NCBI GenBank assembly: GCA_043797665.1
Contig: JAZDPL010000089.1
Location: forward strand, 1 to 64,000
DNA: 64,000 nucleotides
Direction of reading: 5' to 3'
Source: Candidatus Omnitrophota bacterium
GTDB taxonomy: Bacteria > Ratteibacteria > UBA8468 > MWAK01
A program made the translations under genes and the position numbers. Position 1 is the stretch's first letter; every line of letters starts with the position of its first letter. The notes under the pieces are model-generated. The model had not been told where the DNA came from. It was given only the letters and a program-made list of their open reading frames with translations, and searched no databases. This document shows positions 10,476 through 19,997 of the stretch, piece after piece.

Positions 10476-11522
10476 TTATTTAGGATAGGAGCCATACTTA
10501 AGAGTAGCTTCAATCATTGCCTGATAATTTTCTAAAGGTACGTAATTGGTAACCGTGTTGCTGGAACCTACACAGTACCCACCACCTGGTGCGATGTCCT
10601 TTATTCTCTGCCTGACCTCTTCTTCCACTTCTTCCGGTGTACCTCTGGTCAGGGTGTAACCCAAATCAATATTGCCGATAAGGCAGAGTCTGTCTCCTAC
10701 TTCCTTTTTTAGTTTTCCGATATCCATAGCCTTGGGTTCAATCGGATGAATGGCGTTGATTCCCGCATCTATGATGTCGCCCATTACCTGCCAGAGATTA
10801 CCGTCGGAGTGATAGAGCACCGGCAAACCACGGTCGTGACATATCTTTGCCATCTTTTTATACCACGGGAAAAGATATTTCCTTAAGATATCCGGCGATA
10901 TCATCAGTCCTTCGGTATAGGCGATGTCGTCACAAAACCACATGGCATCAATACCATCAAAATCCATGAGGTTTGTAAAAATTTCATATACTATCTCTCT
11001 GACCCGGTGAAACATTTTTTCTACTAATTCCGGGTTATCCGCCAAAGCCATGGAGAAAGACTCAAAACCCATTAGTTGCCAGACGTATTCCCACAACCCA
11101 CCTACACTGCATATCAGCCCCATTCCCTCAGGCAAATGTGATTTGGTTTCCTCAACCAATTTATAATTTGCATTAGTAGAATCAGGCCAGGGAAATTCTT
11201 CAAATTCCTTCAGGCAAGCGATAACACCCCTGTTCCCTTCTGCCCATTTTCTCTCAAATTTTCCCTCTCCCACCGCGGTCTGGGTATAACTGATATTCGT
11301 AGGTAAACTCTGCTCAAACATCTCTTTGGCTGGGAAAATACATATGTAATCATACCCAGCCGCCTTCCAAAATTCTACGTCGGTTTTTGTATCTCTAACC
11401 GGCTTTCCCAAAAATGCATCTTTCATCTCCCGGTCCATCAGTAACTCTGCCAGAGGGACCCGGTCCGGTTCCTGGCAAAATAACGTTCTCCGCAATCTCT
11501 CAAAATTCGGTTCCAGTTTCAT
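10476..11522 (-). CDS. Uroporphyrinogen decarboxylase-family (MtaA/CmuA-like) protein
   Basis: EPDRVP, CDDIAY, YHSDGN, GNID, GGGYCVGSSN. Confidence 0.85.
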   Translation of the reverse strand: MKLEPNFERLRRTLFCQEPDRVPLAELLMDREMKDAFLGKPVRDTKTDVEFWKAAGYDYICIFPAKEMFEQSLPTNISYTQTAVGEGKFERKWAEGNRGVIACLKEFEEFPWPDSTNANYKLVEETKSHLPEGMGLICSVGGLWEYVWQLMGFESFSMALADNPELVEKMFHRVREIVYEIFTNLMDFDGIDAMWFCDDIAYTEGLMISPDILRKYLFPWYKKMAKICHDRGLPVLYHSDGNLWQVMGDIIDAGINAIHPIEPKAMDIGKLKKEVGDRLCLIGNIDLGYTLTRGTPEEVEEEVRQRIKDIAPGGGYCVGSSNTVTNYVPLENYQAMIEATLKYGSYPK

Positions 11523-12119
11523 AATTTTCCTTACTTGCCGAAAAATATCGTAAAACAGCCATTCCCGCTCTTCTTCCCGCTTCTACACCCGCATCCGAAT
11601 CCTCAACTATTATGCAATTGACAGGAAGGACACCCAGTTTTTTGCAGCCTTCAGAAAAAGTTCCGGATCGGGTTTTCCCCGACTCACATCCTCGGCGGTA
11701 ACCAGTACATCATAGGGGATCCTGAATTTTTCAATCAGCGGCAGTATGCTTCCTTTGGAACTTCCCGAAGCAATGGCCACCTTTACGCCGGCGGCTTTAA
11801 GACTCGTAAGTAGCATATAGTTCGGTTTAATCAACGTAGCGAGACCAAGATAATCAGCGTACAACTCTTTCTTGCGGCGATACACAGCCTGTATATCCGG
11901 CGTCTTACCCGCCTTGCCGGAAAAATAGGCAATTTGTTCTGCGCCCGACATACCGGCCTGGCTGTAGAATTTGGTTTTATCTATAGGAACGCCTACCTCA
12001 GCGCAGGCTTTTTCATAACACTTGAAGTGCGCCTCCATCGTATCGACAAGTACTCCGTCAAAATCAAAGATATATGCCGTTACCGTTTCTTTATCTTGTA
12101 ACACCTGCCTTCTTACCAT
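11500..12119 (-). pseudogene. HAD-family phosphatase/beta-PGM-like gene split by a frameshift
   Basis: DFDGVLVDT and KPDP are in frame 0 (ORF ends at 11610). Motif IV (LGVLPVNCIIVEDSDAGVEAGRRAGM) continues in the -1 frame from an A6 run at 11638-11643 to TGA at 11500. Confidence 0.8.
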
Positions 12120-12142
12120 CTTTGGTTATAACGAAAACTTCT

Positions 12143-13201
12143 TCATAATGCATCCCTGGAAATTACTGAATCCGTGGAATTTCTTATAACAAGTTCTGAA
12201 GGAAAGATAATATGTCGTACCCTGGATTCGCCTTCCTGTCTAATCATGCTAATAAGGGTCTCGGCACCTATTCGTCCGATGGCCAATTTATCGACTCTTA
12301 CTGTAGTAAGCGGAGGGTCCGTATATTCCGCAAACGGTGAATCATCAAAACCGACGATAGATAAATCCCTGGGGATATTAACCCCTTTTTCTCTCGCCGC
12401 CTTGATTACACCTAACGCCATATCATCATTAGTGAATATAGCCGTTACATCTCCTTTCTCTAACAAAGACCTTGCAGCCAAATATCCATTCTTACTGTCA
12501 AATGCTTCTCCCCTGACTACATTATCTGAAATATATGGAATATCACTTGTTTCCAACGCGTTTTTATAGCCTTGTAGAATATCCATAGAAAAAGAATTCT
12601 CTTCCGGCCCGATTATAATACCTATTGACCTGTGTCCTAAGTCAATAAGATGTTTTACGGATATAAGCGCGCCTCCAATATCATCATTTTTTACACAGGT
12701 TATTTCTTTAAATTTTGGAGAAACATCTAACACAACGATATTTTTGGTAACCCCGGTTATAAATTTATAAATATTATTATCTATGTCTCCCAATAAGATG
12801 GCCGCGATGAATTCACCATCAATAAGCATCCTGGGCATATCGGGAAGTTGGTAAGGCATCGCATCCGTTACATGGGTAATGGATAACGAAAAATCATATT
12901 CACTTAAGATTTTCTCTATGCTGTAAATCATCCCGGAAAAATAACTGTGGGTTGCTGTTACATATTTACCAAGGCATAGAAGAACCGTAGTCTTTTTTCT
13001 GCTTATGTCATTTTGCTTGACAAGTAGACGGGCAACGGGATTAGGTACATAGTTTAAAGTCTCTATGGTCTGGATTACTTTTTTCCGGGTCTCTTCTCTT
13101 ACATACTTTCCGTTATTCATAACCCGACATACCGTAGCGACCGAAACCCCGGACCGCTCCGCTACATCATAAATAGAGGTGCGTTTTGGATTACTTTTCA
13201 T
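12143..13201 (-). CDS. LacI-family transcriptional regulator
   Basis: SIYDVAERSGVSVATVCRVMN; GFDD, PPLTTV, LVIRNS. Confidence 0.95.
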   Translation of the reverse strand: MKSNPKRTSIYDVAERSGVSVATVCRVMNNGKYVREETRKKVIQTIETLNYVPNPVARLLVKQNDISRKKTTVLLCLGKYVTATHSYFSGMIYSIEKILSEYDFSLSITHVTDAMPYQLPDMPRMLIDGEFIAAILLGDIDNNIYKFITGVTKNIVVLDVSPKFKEITCVKNDDIGGALISVKHLIDLGHRSIGIIIGPEENSFSMDILQGYKNALETSDIPYISDNVVRGEAFDSKNGYLAARSLLEKGDVTAIFTNDDMALGVIKAAREKGVNIPRDLSIVGFDDSPFAEYTDPPLTTVRVDKLAIGRIGAETLISMIRQEGESRVRHIIFPSELVIRNSTDSVISRDAL

Positions 13202-13219
13202 CTTATATTTATTTTGATA

Positions 13220-13277
13220 TGTAATCGTTTTCTGAAATCGGTATTATAAATTTACCATATCGTACTATCTTTGTCAA
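13220..13277 (-). promoter_or_regulatory. sigma70-type promoter with tandem LacI-type operators
   Basis: TTGACA(13277-13272)-17-TAAATT with TG extension; + strand TGTAATCGTTTTCT and TGAAATCGGTATTA at 13220-13246. A related TAATCGGTATTA lies at ~81-92. Confidence 0.6.
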
Positions 13278-13290
13278 GAGGTACGGGATT

Positions 13291-13397
13291 AGATTCTTCG
13301 CTCCCTACCTTGATGGTAGGGTACCCGCGCTCAGAATGACATAAGTTAGGGGCTCAGAATGACCGCCTGTTAGAAGTGCGATAAATCGCACCGCTAC
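13291..13397. repeat. Palindromic repeat cluster (AGATTCTTCGCT...GCTCAGAATGAC type with nested hairpin, plus GTAG-REP)
   Basis: AGATTCTTCGCT[24-bp insert]GCGCTCAGAATGACA, a second GCTCAGAATGAC, and GTGCGATAAATCGCACCGCTAC. Confidence 0.8.
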
Positions 13398-13398
13398 T

Positions 13399-15249
13399 TT
13401 ATTGGCGGTGGGAAGAGGTAACCATATCCCTAATCCTTCCGCAGATTTCGTGCTCCAGCAACTGTTCCAGGGAAACGGGAAGAACCAGCGACCAGTTCTG
13501 GTCGCTGACCGTTCCGGGTGTGTTGATTCGGTAGTGATACTGGTCTTCTTTAGTAAATGCAAGGCTAAAGCCTTGCCCTACATTAAAGAGCCCGGCCAGA
13601 TTAAGCCAGTCTAACATCAGATTGATGCAGAATATGGAGCGGGACCCTAAGACGAATTTTAAAGCGCCAGAGATGATCTCCAAATCTGCGCTTTCCCGCA
13701 TTGAAGATTCTAAATTAAGATATTCCCAGAAATTCTCTTTTTCCTGGGAGGTATTCCGGTACATCTCGATAAAATCCCAGAGGGAATCTTTGGGTTTGCC
13801 CAGAATGGAAACCAGCGTCTCAACGGAGTTGACCTCTTGAGACCAGCGTAACCGGCCGTGTCGGAAAAAGTTACAGTCGAAAAGACGGTTTTTTACCGCC
13901 GGATAGTCTATGCCCCGTTCAGAACACCTCCGCTGGAAAAAAGCCTCGTCTACAGTCCCGGCTTCGTTCTCCCACCAACCGACCCAGTTGGTAGTGTCAT
14001 GTGTTGAAAGCGTCGCAACCGAAACCAGCCGGTAATCGTCCGGTGCCCGAAACCCGTGAGTCCCATGCCAGTCTTTGGTCCAGCGCTGGATGTCAATACC
14101 GGGGATACCTAATCTCCGGAGCGTCTTCGGACAAGCGGAAGGGATTACGCCCAAATCCTCTCCGCAGAGTAACATTTTAGTGCTGTCCAACATAACCTCA
14201 AGTATCTTCCTGCCGTGTTCTTCCCATTCCCGTTCGTCGGGCGGGTCAAAGAATCCGTTGAGCCCTTCGTTCTCTAATGGCTCTCCACAGAAAATGCTCC
14301 AGATACGGAACAGCCCGACGATATGGTCGATGCGTACAATATCGTAAAAATGTTCCGCGTACCGGAGCCTCTCCTTCAGATAACGATAACCATCGGACGA
14401 AATTCTCTCCCAATTGTAGGTAGGTGTGCCGGGGTTACCCCACCTCTGTCCTTTGGCGCAGAACATATCCGGCGGCGCACCGGCCGCAAATTCTAATTTA
14501 AAAAATTCCGGATGCGCCCAGACGTCAGCGCTATCCCTGGCGACCAGAATAGGCAGGTCGCCTTTAATTAAAACACCCCTAGATTCGGCGTATTCCTTAA
14601 CCTCTTTAAACCGTTCACATAACAACCACTGCACCCAAACATGAAACTCTATTTCTTCTTTGTGGGCATCATAAAAGGCTTCCAGACTCAGAGGGTCCCT
14701 GTTTTTATAGGGTTCATCCCATTCATACCACGCTCTTCCGCGGTGTTCATCTTTGAGAACTTTAAACAGCCCAAATCCGTTAACCCAGTATGAATTTTCT
14801 TCCTTGAATTTTTCCAATCCCTCGAGGTCGTGACAGCCTTCGGTCCGATATATCTCGCGAAGAACTTCAGACTTGGCTGGCTTTATCCGGTAATCAACTC
14901 TATCTCTGCCTGCGGGAAAAAGCTCCCGGAGACGTCTGATTCCGGCCTGAACAGGATATTTTTCTGAACCGGGGATATTTTCTAATCTCAGGTAGGAAGG
15001 TTCCAGGGCAAAAGAACTTATCGTTTCGTAGGGACAGAAATGGCATGCCACCTCATTCATCGGCAGAATCTGAATTATGGAGTTGCCGGTCTTTTCACAC
15101 CAGTCTACCAGTATTTTCAGGTCATCCAGTTCTCCGATACCCAGGCTCTTTTTGGAATAGAGCGAAAACAAGGGAACCAGAACCCCGCTCCTTCTTTGAG
15201 TGCCGATTCGTAACCACTTCTCGCGGGAGGCGGTATCTAATAATTCCAT
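13399..15249 (-). CDS. malQ: 4-alpha-glucanotransferase (amylomaltase, GH77)
   Basis: RRSGVLVPLFSL, KGDLPI, GAPPD, GQRWG, RIDH, GEDLG, STHD, RINTPG. Confidence 0.93.
   Translation of the reverse strand: MELLDTASREKWLRIGTQRRSGVLVPLFSLYSKKSLGIGELDDLKILVDWCEKTGNSIIQILPMNEVACHFCPYETISSFALEPSYLRLENIPGSEKYPVQAGIRRLRELFPAGRDRVDYRIKPAKSEVLREIYRTEGCHDLEGLEKFKEENSYWVNGFGLFKVLKDEHRGRAWYEWDEPYKNRDPLSLEAFYDAHKEEIEFHVWVQWLLCERFKEVKEYAESRGVLIKGDLPILVARDSADVWAHPEFFKLEFAAGAPPDMFCAKGQRWGNPGTPTYNWERISSDGYRYLKERLRYAEHFYDIVRIDHIVGLFRIWSIFCGEPLENEGLNGFFDPPDEREWEEHGRKILEVMLDSTKMLLCGEDLGVIPSACPKTLRRLGIPGIDIQRWTKDWHGTHGFRAPDDYRLVSVATLSTHDTTNWVGWWENEAGTVDEAFFQRRCSERGIDYPAVKNRLFDCNFFRHGRLRWSQEVNSVETLVSILGKPKDSLWDFIEMYRNTSQEKENFWEYLNLESSMRESADLEIISGALKFVLGSRSIFCINLMLDWLNLAGLFNVGQGFSLAFTKEDQYHYRINTPGTVSDQNWSLVLPVSLEQLLEHEICGRIRDMVTSSHRQ
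13559..13581 (-). repeat. GTAG-type REP inserted in frame in malQ
   Basis: GTAGGGCAAGGCTTTAGCCTTGC hairpin, translated as VGQGFSLA. Confidence 0.7.
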
Positions 15250-15264
15250 CTAAGGCGAAGAAAT

Positions 15265-15395
15265 ACCCCGTCAGACCTTCGGTCTGCCACCCCTTTCACA
15301 AAAAGGGGAATGTAAGTAGGGGTCGGATTTATCCGACCCGCGGGCCTGCACGCCGAAGATTTAGCGAAGGCGGGCTTGATAAATCAAGCCCCTAC
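15265..15395. repeat. Intergenic repeat cluster: CCCCTTT-N-AAAGGGG hairpin element plus REP doublet with a 30-bp nested insert
   Basis: 15265-15309 double hairpin. 15316-15395 is the 50-bp doublet seen at 16951 with CCTGCACGCCGAAGATTTAGCGAAGGCGGG inserted. Confidence 0.85.
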
Positions 15396-15430
15396 ACAAT
15401 CTTTATGTAAATTTACTTGAATCGTTTATG

Positions 15431-16087
15431 TTAGGCGAAGGTGAATTGTTTCTTCTGAAAGAGGTTCAGGCAGGCATCAACCACTATCGGTTCATAAAGA
15501 AGGCCCTGGTTCTTTGATATCTCCTTCAATGCCTGGTCGACACCCAGGGCGGGCCGGTAGGGCCGGTGGGAAGACATCGCTTCCACCACATCCGCTACCG
15601 CCAGAATCTTTGCTTCCAGAAGTATCTGGCCATCAGAAAGCCCCTGGGGATAACCGGAACCATTACACCTCTCGTGATGCTGAAGGACAAACTGGGCAAT
15701 CGGCCAGGGAAACTTTATCACCCTGACGATGTCGTAACCCATCTGGGGGTGGCACTTAATGATATTGAATTCAGCCTCGTTCAGTTTTCCGGGTTTAGCC
15801 AGAATCTCTGCGGGTACGTATATCTTCCCGATATCATGGAGAATTCCAGCCACTCTGATGCTCTTGACCTGGTCCGCGGAAAATCCCATCTCTTCGGCAA
15901 TAGCACAGGCTAATTTTGCCACCCGCTGTTGATGTCCGGCGGTATAAGGATCTTTCTTCTCCGCCAAAAAAGAGAGGGCACAGACCACTCCATCCATTTC
16001 CACCATCGCCACCAGGCAGTCTTGATGACGCCGTTCAACATTCTCAACCGAATCCGGTTGTTTCCTCGTCTTTCTTTCTTCAGCCAT
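15431..16087 (-). CDS. Stand-alone HD-GYP c-di-GMP phosphodiesterase
   Basis: KDPYTAGHQQRV, LHDIGK, HHERCNGSGYP, HRPYR. Confidence 0.93.
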   Translation of the reverse strand: MAEERKTRKQPDSVENVERRHQDCLVAMVEMDGVVCALSFLAEKKDPYTAGHQQRVAKLACAIAEEMGFSADQVKSIRVAGILHDIGKIYVPAEILAKPGKLNEAEFNIIKCHPQMGYDIVRVIKFPWPIAQFVLQHHERCNGSGYPQGLSDGQILLEAKILAVADVVEAMSSHRPYRPALGVDQALKEISKNQGLLYEPIVVDACLNLFQKKQFTFA

Positions 16088-16127
16088 ATAAGGTTATTTT
16101 ACCATAAATGAAACGTAGGGGCGACAT

Positions 16128-16919
16128 TTATACGGGTCGGATAAATCCGACCTCTACTTTTGACATGGCGGCACCATAAGCGGTCACAAACTGAGGGTTC
16201 TCCGGAACCTTGAAAGAACACCCGGCAACCTTTTCCAACCCATCCTTTAAAGCCCGGCTCATGGCACCTCCACCGCAGAAGACCAGGGTCTTATTCAGAT
16301 TGAACTGCCGCAACATATTGAAAATCCGGCTTGATATCGCTACAAATAAACCGGCGGCGACGTCCTCCCTGGGAGTCGCACTGGCCAAAAGAGAAATAAC
16401 TTCGCTTTCCGCAAAGACACTGCAGGTGGAGTTAATGTCCACCGGTTTTTTTGACTTGAGCGCCAAGCAAGAAATGCCGTCAAGGTCAGTCCCCAAAACT
16501 GCCGCCATCATCTCTAAAAACCGGCCCGTACCCGCCGCACACTTATCGTTCATCATAAAATCAACCACCTCACCAGCCTTATCCACTTCAATAATTTTGG
16601 TATCCTGACCGCCCACGTCCAGAATCGTACACTCCTGTCCGCCGGCAAGAAGGCAGGCTCCTGCTGCCGCCGCGGAAATTTCGGTAATTACCTGGTCGGC
16701 TCTGTTAAACAGACGCCGGCCGTATCCGGTCGAAACTATCCTTCCGACATCGGAAACGCTGATACCGGAAAGAGTCAGCGCCTGTTCAAAAACCGTCTCC
16801 GCAGATTTTTGAACGTCTGGTCCGGTCTTAACCAGAGCCTTTCCCACTATGCTACCGGCATCCACTACCACACACTTGGTTGCTACCGAACCGATGTCAA
16901 TCCCTACTGATATTCCCAT
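16128..16919 (-). CDS. ASKHA-type acyl-CoA dehydratase activase (HgdC/BadG/DCCP-reductase-like)
   Basis: GIDIGS, TGYGR, DVGGQD, MNDKCAAGTGRFLE, CSVFAESE. The last residues (VEVGFIRPV) come from a REP at 16133-16157. Confidence 0.92.
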   Translation of the reverse strand: MGISVGIDIGSVATKCVVVDAGSIVGKALVKTGPDVQKSAETVFEQALTLSGISVSDVGRIVSTGYGRRLFNRADQVITEISAAAAGACLLAGGQECTILDVGGQDTKIIEVDKAGEVVDFMMNDKCAAGTGRFLEMMAAVLGTDLDGISCLALKSKKPVDINSTCSVFAESEVISLLASATPREDVAAGLFVAISSRIFNMLRQFNLNKTLVFCGGGAMSRALKDGLEKVAGCSFKVPENPQFVTAYGAAMSKVEVGFIRPV

Positions 16920-16927
16920 AATTTAAT

Positions 16928-17034
16928 ACAAACGCATTAAATTTTTTGATGTAGGGGTCGGATTTATCCGACCCGCGGGCTTGATAAATCAAGCCCCTAC
17001 AAGTATTGATGTAAATTTATTCTTATGCGTTTGT
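16928..17034. repeat. REP doublet (REPIN-like) with outer inverted flanks
   Basis: GTAGGGGTCGGATTTATCCGACCCGCGGGCTTGATAAATCAAGCCCCTAC (16951-17000) flanked by ACAAACGCAT...ATGCGTTTGT. Related copies at 15316, 44062, 50656 and 57825. Confidence 0.88.
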
Positions 17035-17035
17035 T

Positions 17036-18376
17036 TTAGCCCAGAATTTCGATAAAGGCTTCAATCCTGGTCTTCAACTGACCGATATCCTCCCGGCTCA
17101 AATCAGTCTTGATAAAAAGGACGGGGATACCCTCCTCTCTCAAAACCTGCCTGACGAAAGGCATCTGGATATCAAAGACCTGACAGAGCCGGAGGTTATG
17201 GTATATCACACCGTCAAGTCTGTATTCCCCGGTCAGGTCAATCATCCGATCCAGGAGTTTATCCAGACTCAAAAAACAGGGACAGATACTGGCGGATACG
17301 TACTTCAGAGCCAGGGCCCGGATAATTCCTTCGTCGGTCTCCTCGTCTATAACCACCGGGTCGTACATCCTTCCGTAAGCAGAACAGAGCGTATCCGCAC
17401 AAATCTCACTGCCGGTTTCGGAGACCAATTCAAGGAGTTTCAGGTTGGGAAACAGAATTGGCGAACCGCTCAACAAAATCTTTTTACCCCGGAACGCACT
17501 CTTCCCCTCTCCCCTCCCCGCCGCTTCCTGATAGACCTCGTTCGCTTTCTCTGCCCAGACAGCCGGGTCGGTAAAGAATGAAGCGTAAGCCATTACAAAG
17601 TAATCGATAGCATTGATGATGCCCGGATTCTTAACCCGAAAGTCATAAATCCGGCGAAAAGATTCCGTTCTCCGGTTGGTCAGCGTACAGGCGCGGAGCA
17701 GTTCCTTACGCGCCACCGGGACGTTAAACCTTTCCTTCAAAAAATCAAGCAGACGGGTGTATTTCTCCACCCACACCTCGGAGTTTTCCAGATAATCGGT
17801 ATTACGGGGCAGGTCTAAAAAATAAATTCCGGAAAAAGGAGTTAGGAGTTCCGCTAATTTGGTCTTGCCGTCACAGGTACCCGGAACAATCACCAAATCA
17901 AGGTTAGGGGTTGTCCCCTTAGAATAACAACCGCTGAAGAAAGAGCCGCAGCAGGATTTTATTACCGGACAGACCTCGGAGGTAATCACCTCTTCCCCTT
18001 TCCGGGACAAAAAATAGTCCGCACTGCACAACCGCACCGGGACGGCGTCAATCGCCAGGAGCAGTTCTTCCGGAACCAGGTTACAGAAATAACCGATTAT
18101 CGGCTTGTTATCCTTACGGACCGGAAGACCCGGCGTTTTCGGGATAAGGTCATAAAATGGGCCCGTTGACTTAAGTCCGGACTTAGCCCGCAACCTTTCC
18201 AATTCCGGTCCGTAACCCGGTAGACCGGCAGGCTGAGAAGATATCGCCCTTTTCAATACCTTTTGGTACTTTTCCTTGACAAACTTATCACTCATCTTTC
18301 TGGTCATTGTCATCCTGAGTGTAAACAAAGGATCTCGAGATTCTTCGCTACGCTCAGAATGACAGGGTCCCCTCAA
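17036..18376 (-). CDS. 2-hydroxyacyl-CoA dehydratase-family, probable double-cubane cluster reductase
   Basis: GYFCNLVPEEL, VCPVIKS, TCDGKTK, TLCS, ICPCF, LCQ, GQLKTRIEAF. The original start is probably ATG 18307; the first ~23 aa are mostly repeat-derived. Confidence 0.8.
   Translation of the reverse strand: MRGPCHSERSEESRDPLFTLRMTMTRKMSDKFVKEKYQKVLKRAISSQPAGLPGYGPELERLRAKSGLKSTGPFYDLIPKTPGLPVRKDNKPIIGYFCNLVPEELLLAIDAVPVRLCSADYFLSRKGEEVITSEVCPVIKSCCGSFFSGCYSKGTTPNLDLVIVPGTCDGKTKLAELLTPFSGIYFLDLPRNTDYLENSEVWVEKYTRLLDFLKERFNVPVARKELLRACTLTNRRTESFRRIYDFRVKNPGIINAIDYFVMAYASFFTDPAVWAEKANEVYQEAAGRGEGKSAFRGKKILLSGSPILFPNLKLLELVSETGSEICADTLCSAYGRMYDPVVIDEETDEGIIRALALKYVSASICPCFLSLDKLLDRMIDLTGEYRLDGVIYHNLRLCQVFDIQMPFVRQVLREEGIPVLFIKTDLSREDIGQLKTRIEAFIEILG
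18308..18364. repeat. GTCAT(T/C)CTGAG palindromic repeat (57 bp)
   Basis: TGTCATCCTGAG...GGATCTCGAGATTCTTCGCTACGCTCAGAATGACA; same family at 13291, 20913, 37790 and 49311. Confidence 0.85.
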
Positions 18377-19440
18377 AATTCGGATTTAATCAGCTCTTTT
18401 CCGAAGAAAGACATCGACAGGCACTCTTTCTGCGGGCAGACCTCAATACAGCGCAAACACATAATACATCCTTTCTGGTTAAAGATAGCATCTTTATCCG
18501 CCTCGTACATTTCTGTCAGTCCCATCGGACAGGCATCGGCACAGGCAGCACATTTGTTGCATCTTATCGCTTTCTTCCTGAGTTCCACTCCGGCTCCCCG
18601 ATTGAACCAGGAATTAATCAGACCAACCGGACAGAGGTGACACCAGACTCGTCTGCCCCAGTAGAACGCAGCAACAAAGACACCCAGAGTCAACCACGCT
18701 AAAATCGTGAACCCGGCGGAAATACCGGAAGAAAAATCCTTCCAGGAAGGTTTTATCAAACCAAAAACCGGGCAGATAAGCCGGGCCGGACAGGCCTGGC
18801 AGTAGGGCAGGAACCAGTAACACTGGAAACGGGTGAACCTGGGAATGCCGATAAAAGCGGAGACGGCAAGTGAAGATGTCAGAATTCCGTAAGCACCGCT
18901 GCGTAAGGAACGACGTACCTGCCTAGAGAATCTTTTTGCCGGGATGTTCATCCTTCGCCTGAGAGAGGTTAAAAAATCCCCTACCGTACCGATGGGACAG
19001 ACCCAACCGCACCACATCCGGCCCAGGAGAAAACAGAACGCCATAAAGAGAGCTATGTGCGGCAAAAGGTATTTAATCGGCGTCCGCCAGGAGAGGTTTT
19101 CGTTGAAGAAATGGAGAATGCAAGCCTTAAACATCCCGCCCCTGGGATTAAAACGGCAGATTAATCCGGGCGGAAAATTCTCTAAAACCGGAGTCTTGCC
19201 TGAGGGCCAGAGGATACTTCCCTGACTGAACTTCGTAGTGGACATACTTCCCTGGGGTGCTTTTAACCGGGGGAATAGGCTCACCTCTTTTCCGGACTGG
19301 ACCGCCTGGTCACCGGTAAGTTCGTGCCTGCCCCAGTACGTACCAGGCCGGGGTTTGAAGAGATATCCGCCGTAGACAATGAGTACCAGGCTGATTATCT
19401 GAACAATCCGCCTGGTTAAGGTTATATTACGCCTGTTCAT
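18373..19440 (-). CDS. Membrane 4Fe-4S binding protein (NapH/MauN/YccM-like)
   Basis: TM segments, GRMWCGWVCP, WCHLCP, two C-terminal CxxCxxCxxxCP. Confidence 0.88.
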   Translation of the reverse strand: MNRRNITLTRRIVQIISLVLIVYGGYLFKPRPGTYWGRHELTGDQAVQSGKEVSLFPRLKAPQGSMSTTKFSQGSILWPSGKTPVLENFPPGLICRFNPRGGMFKACILHFFNENLSWRTPIKYLLPHIALFMAFCFLLGRMWCGWVCPIGTVGDFLTSLRRRMNIPAKRFSRQVRRSLRSGAYGILTSSLAVSAFIGIPRFTRFQCYWFLPYCQACPARLICPVFGLIKPSWKDFSSGISAGFTILAWLTLGVFVAAFYWGRRVWCHLCPVGLINSWFNRGAGVELRKKAIRCNKCAACADACPMGLTEMYEADKDAIFNQKGCIMCLRCIEVCPQKECLSMSFFGKELIKSEF

Positions 19441-19997
19441 AAATATGTGCGCCGTGAGCGCACTACCATCAAAATCAGGATAAGAATTATCGGCAAGATG
19501 TACCAGTAGTACCGCACCCCGGGACTTCGGTCCACCCGAACGTTAATCTGACCTACGTTAACGTCAAGGTTTTCGGTACTTTTAGGGACACCGCCTACGG
19601 AAAAAGCGATTGAGGGCAAAACCGCTAATTGGGCGAGTTTCTTTCTTCTCCTGACGTCAGCCCCGTAAGAAATTACATATTCCCGTCTCTGGTTAGAGTT
19701 AGCGGAAAAGGTTAACTCGGCGCTGAGAACGGACCCGTCCGGCCAGCGTTGTAAAACGCCTGCTTTACAGGGAATCTCCTCAGAGGGAACTAACGACCTG
19801 ACCAGAAAATTCTCTTCCGATTGGACCGTACCCGGCGGAAAAGCGACGTTACCGGTGAGATAAAAATCTCCGGCAAAATCAGGGTATTGAAATCCTATCT
19901 TGAGGAGGCTAAGGAACAAAAAAGACCTGACCAAACCACCGGTCACTGTTGTAACCGGAACCATCCGCAGACCAGAAACTCTTCTCTTCATAACCAC
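19437..19997 (-). CDS. Hypothetical membrane-anchored protein
   Basis: N- and C-terminal hydrophobic segments, RWPDGSV motif; ATGA overlap with the next gene. Start uncertain. Confidence 0.6.
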   Translation of the reverse strand: MVMKRRVSGLRMVPVTTVTGGLVRSFLFLSLLKIGFQYPDFAGDFYLTGNVAFPPGTVQSEENFLVRSLVPSEEIPCKAGVLQRWPDGSVLSAELTFSANSNQRREYVISYGADVRRRKKLAQLAVLPSIAFSVGGVPKSTENLDVNVGQINVRVDRSPGVRYYWYILPIILILILMVVRSRRTYL

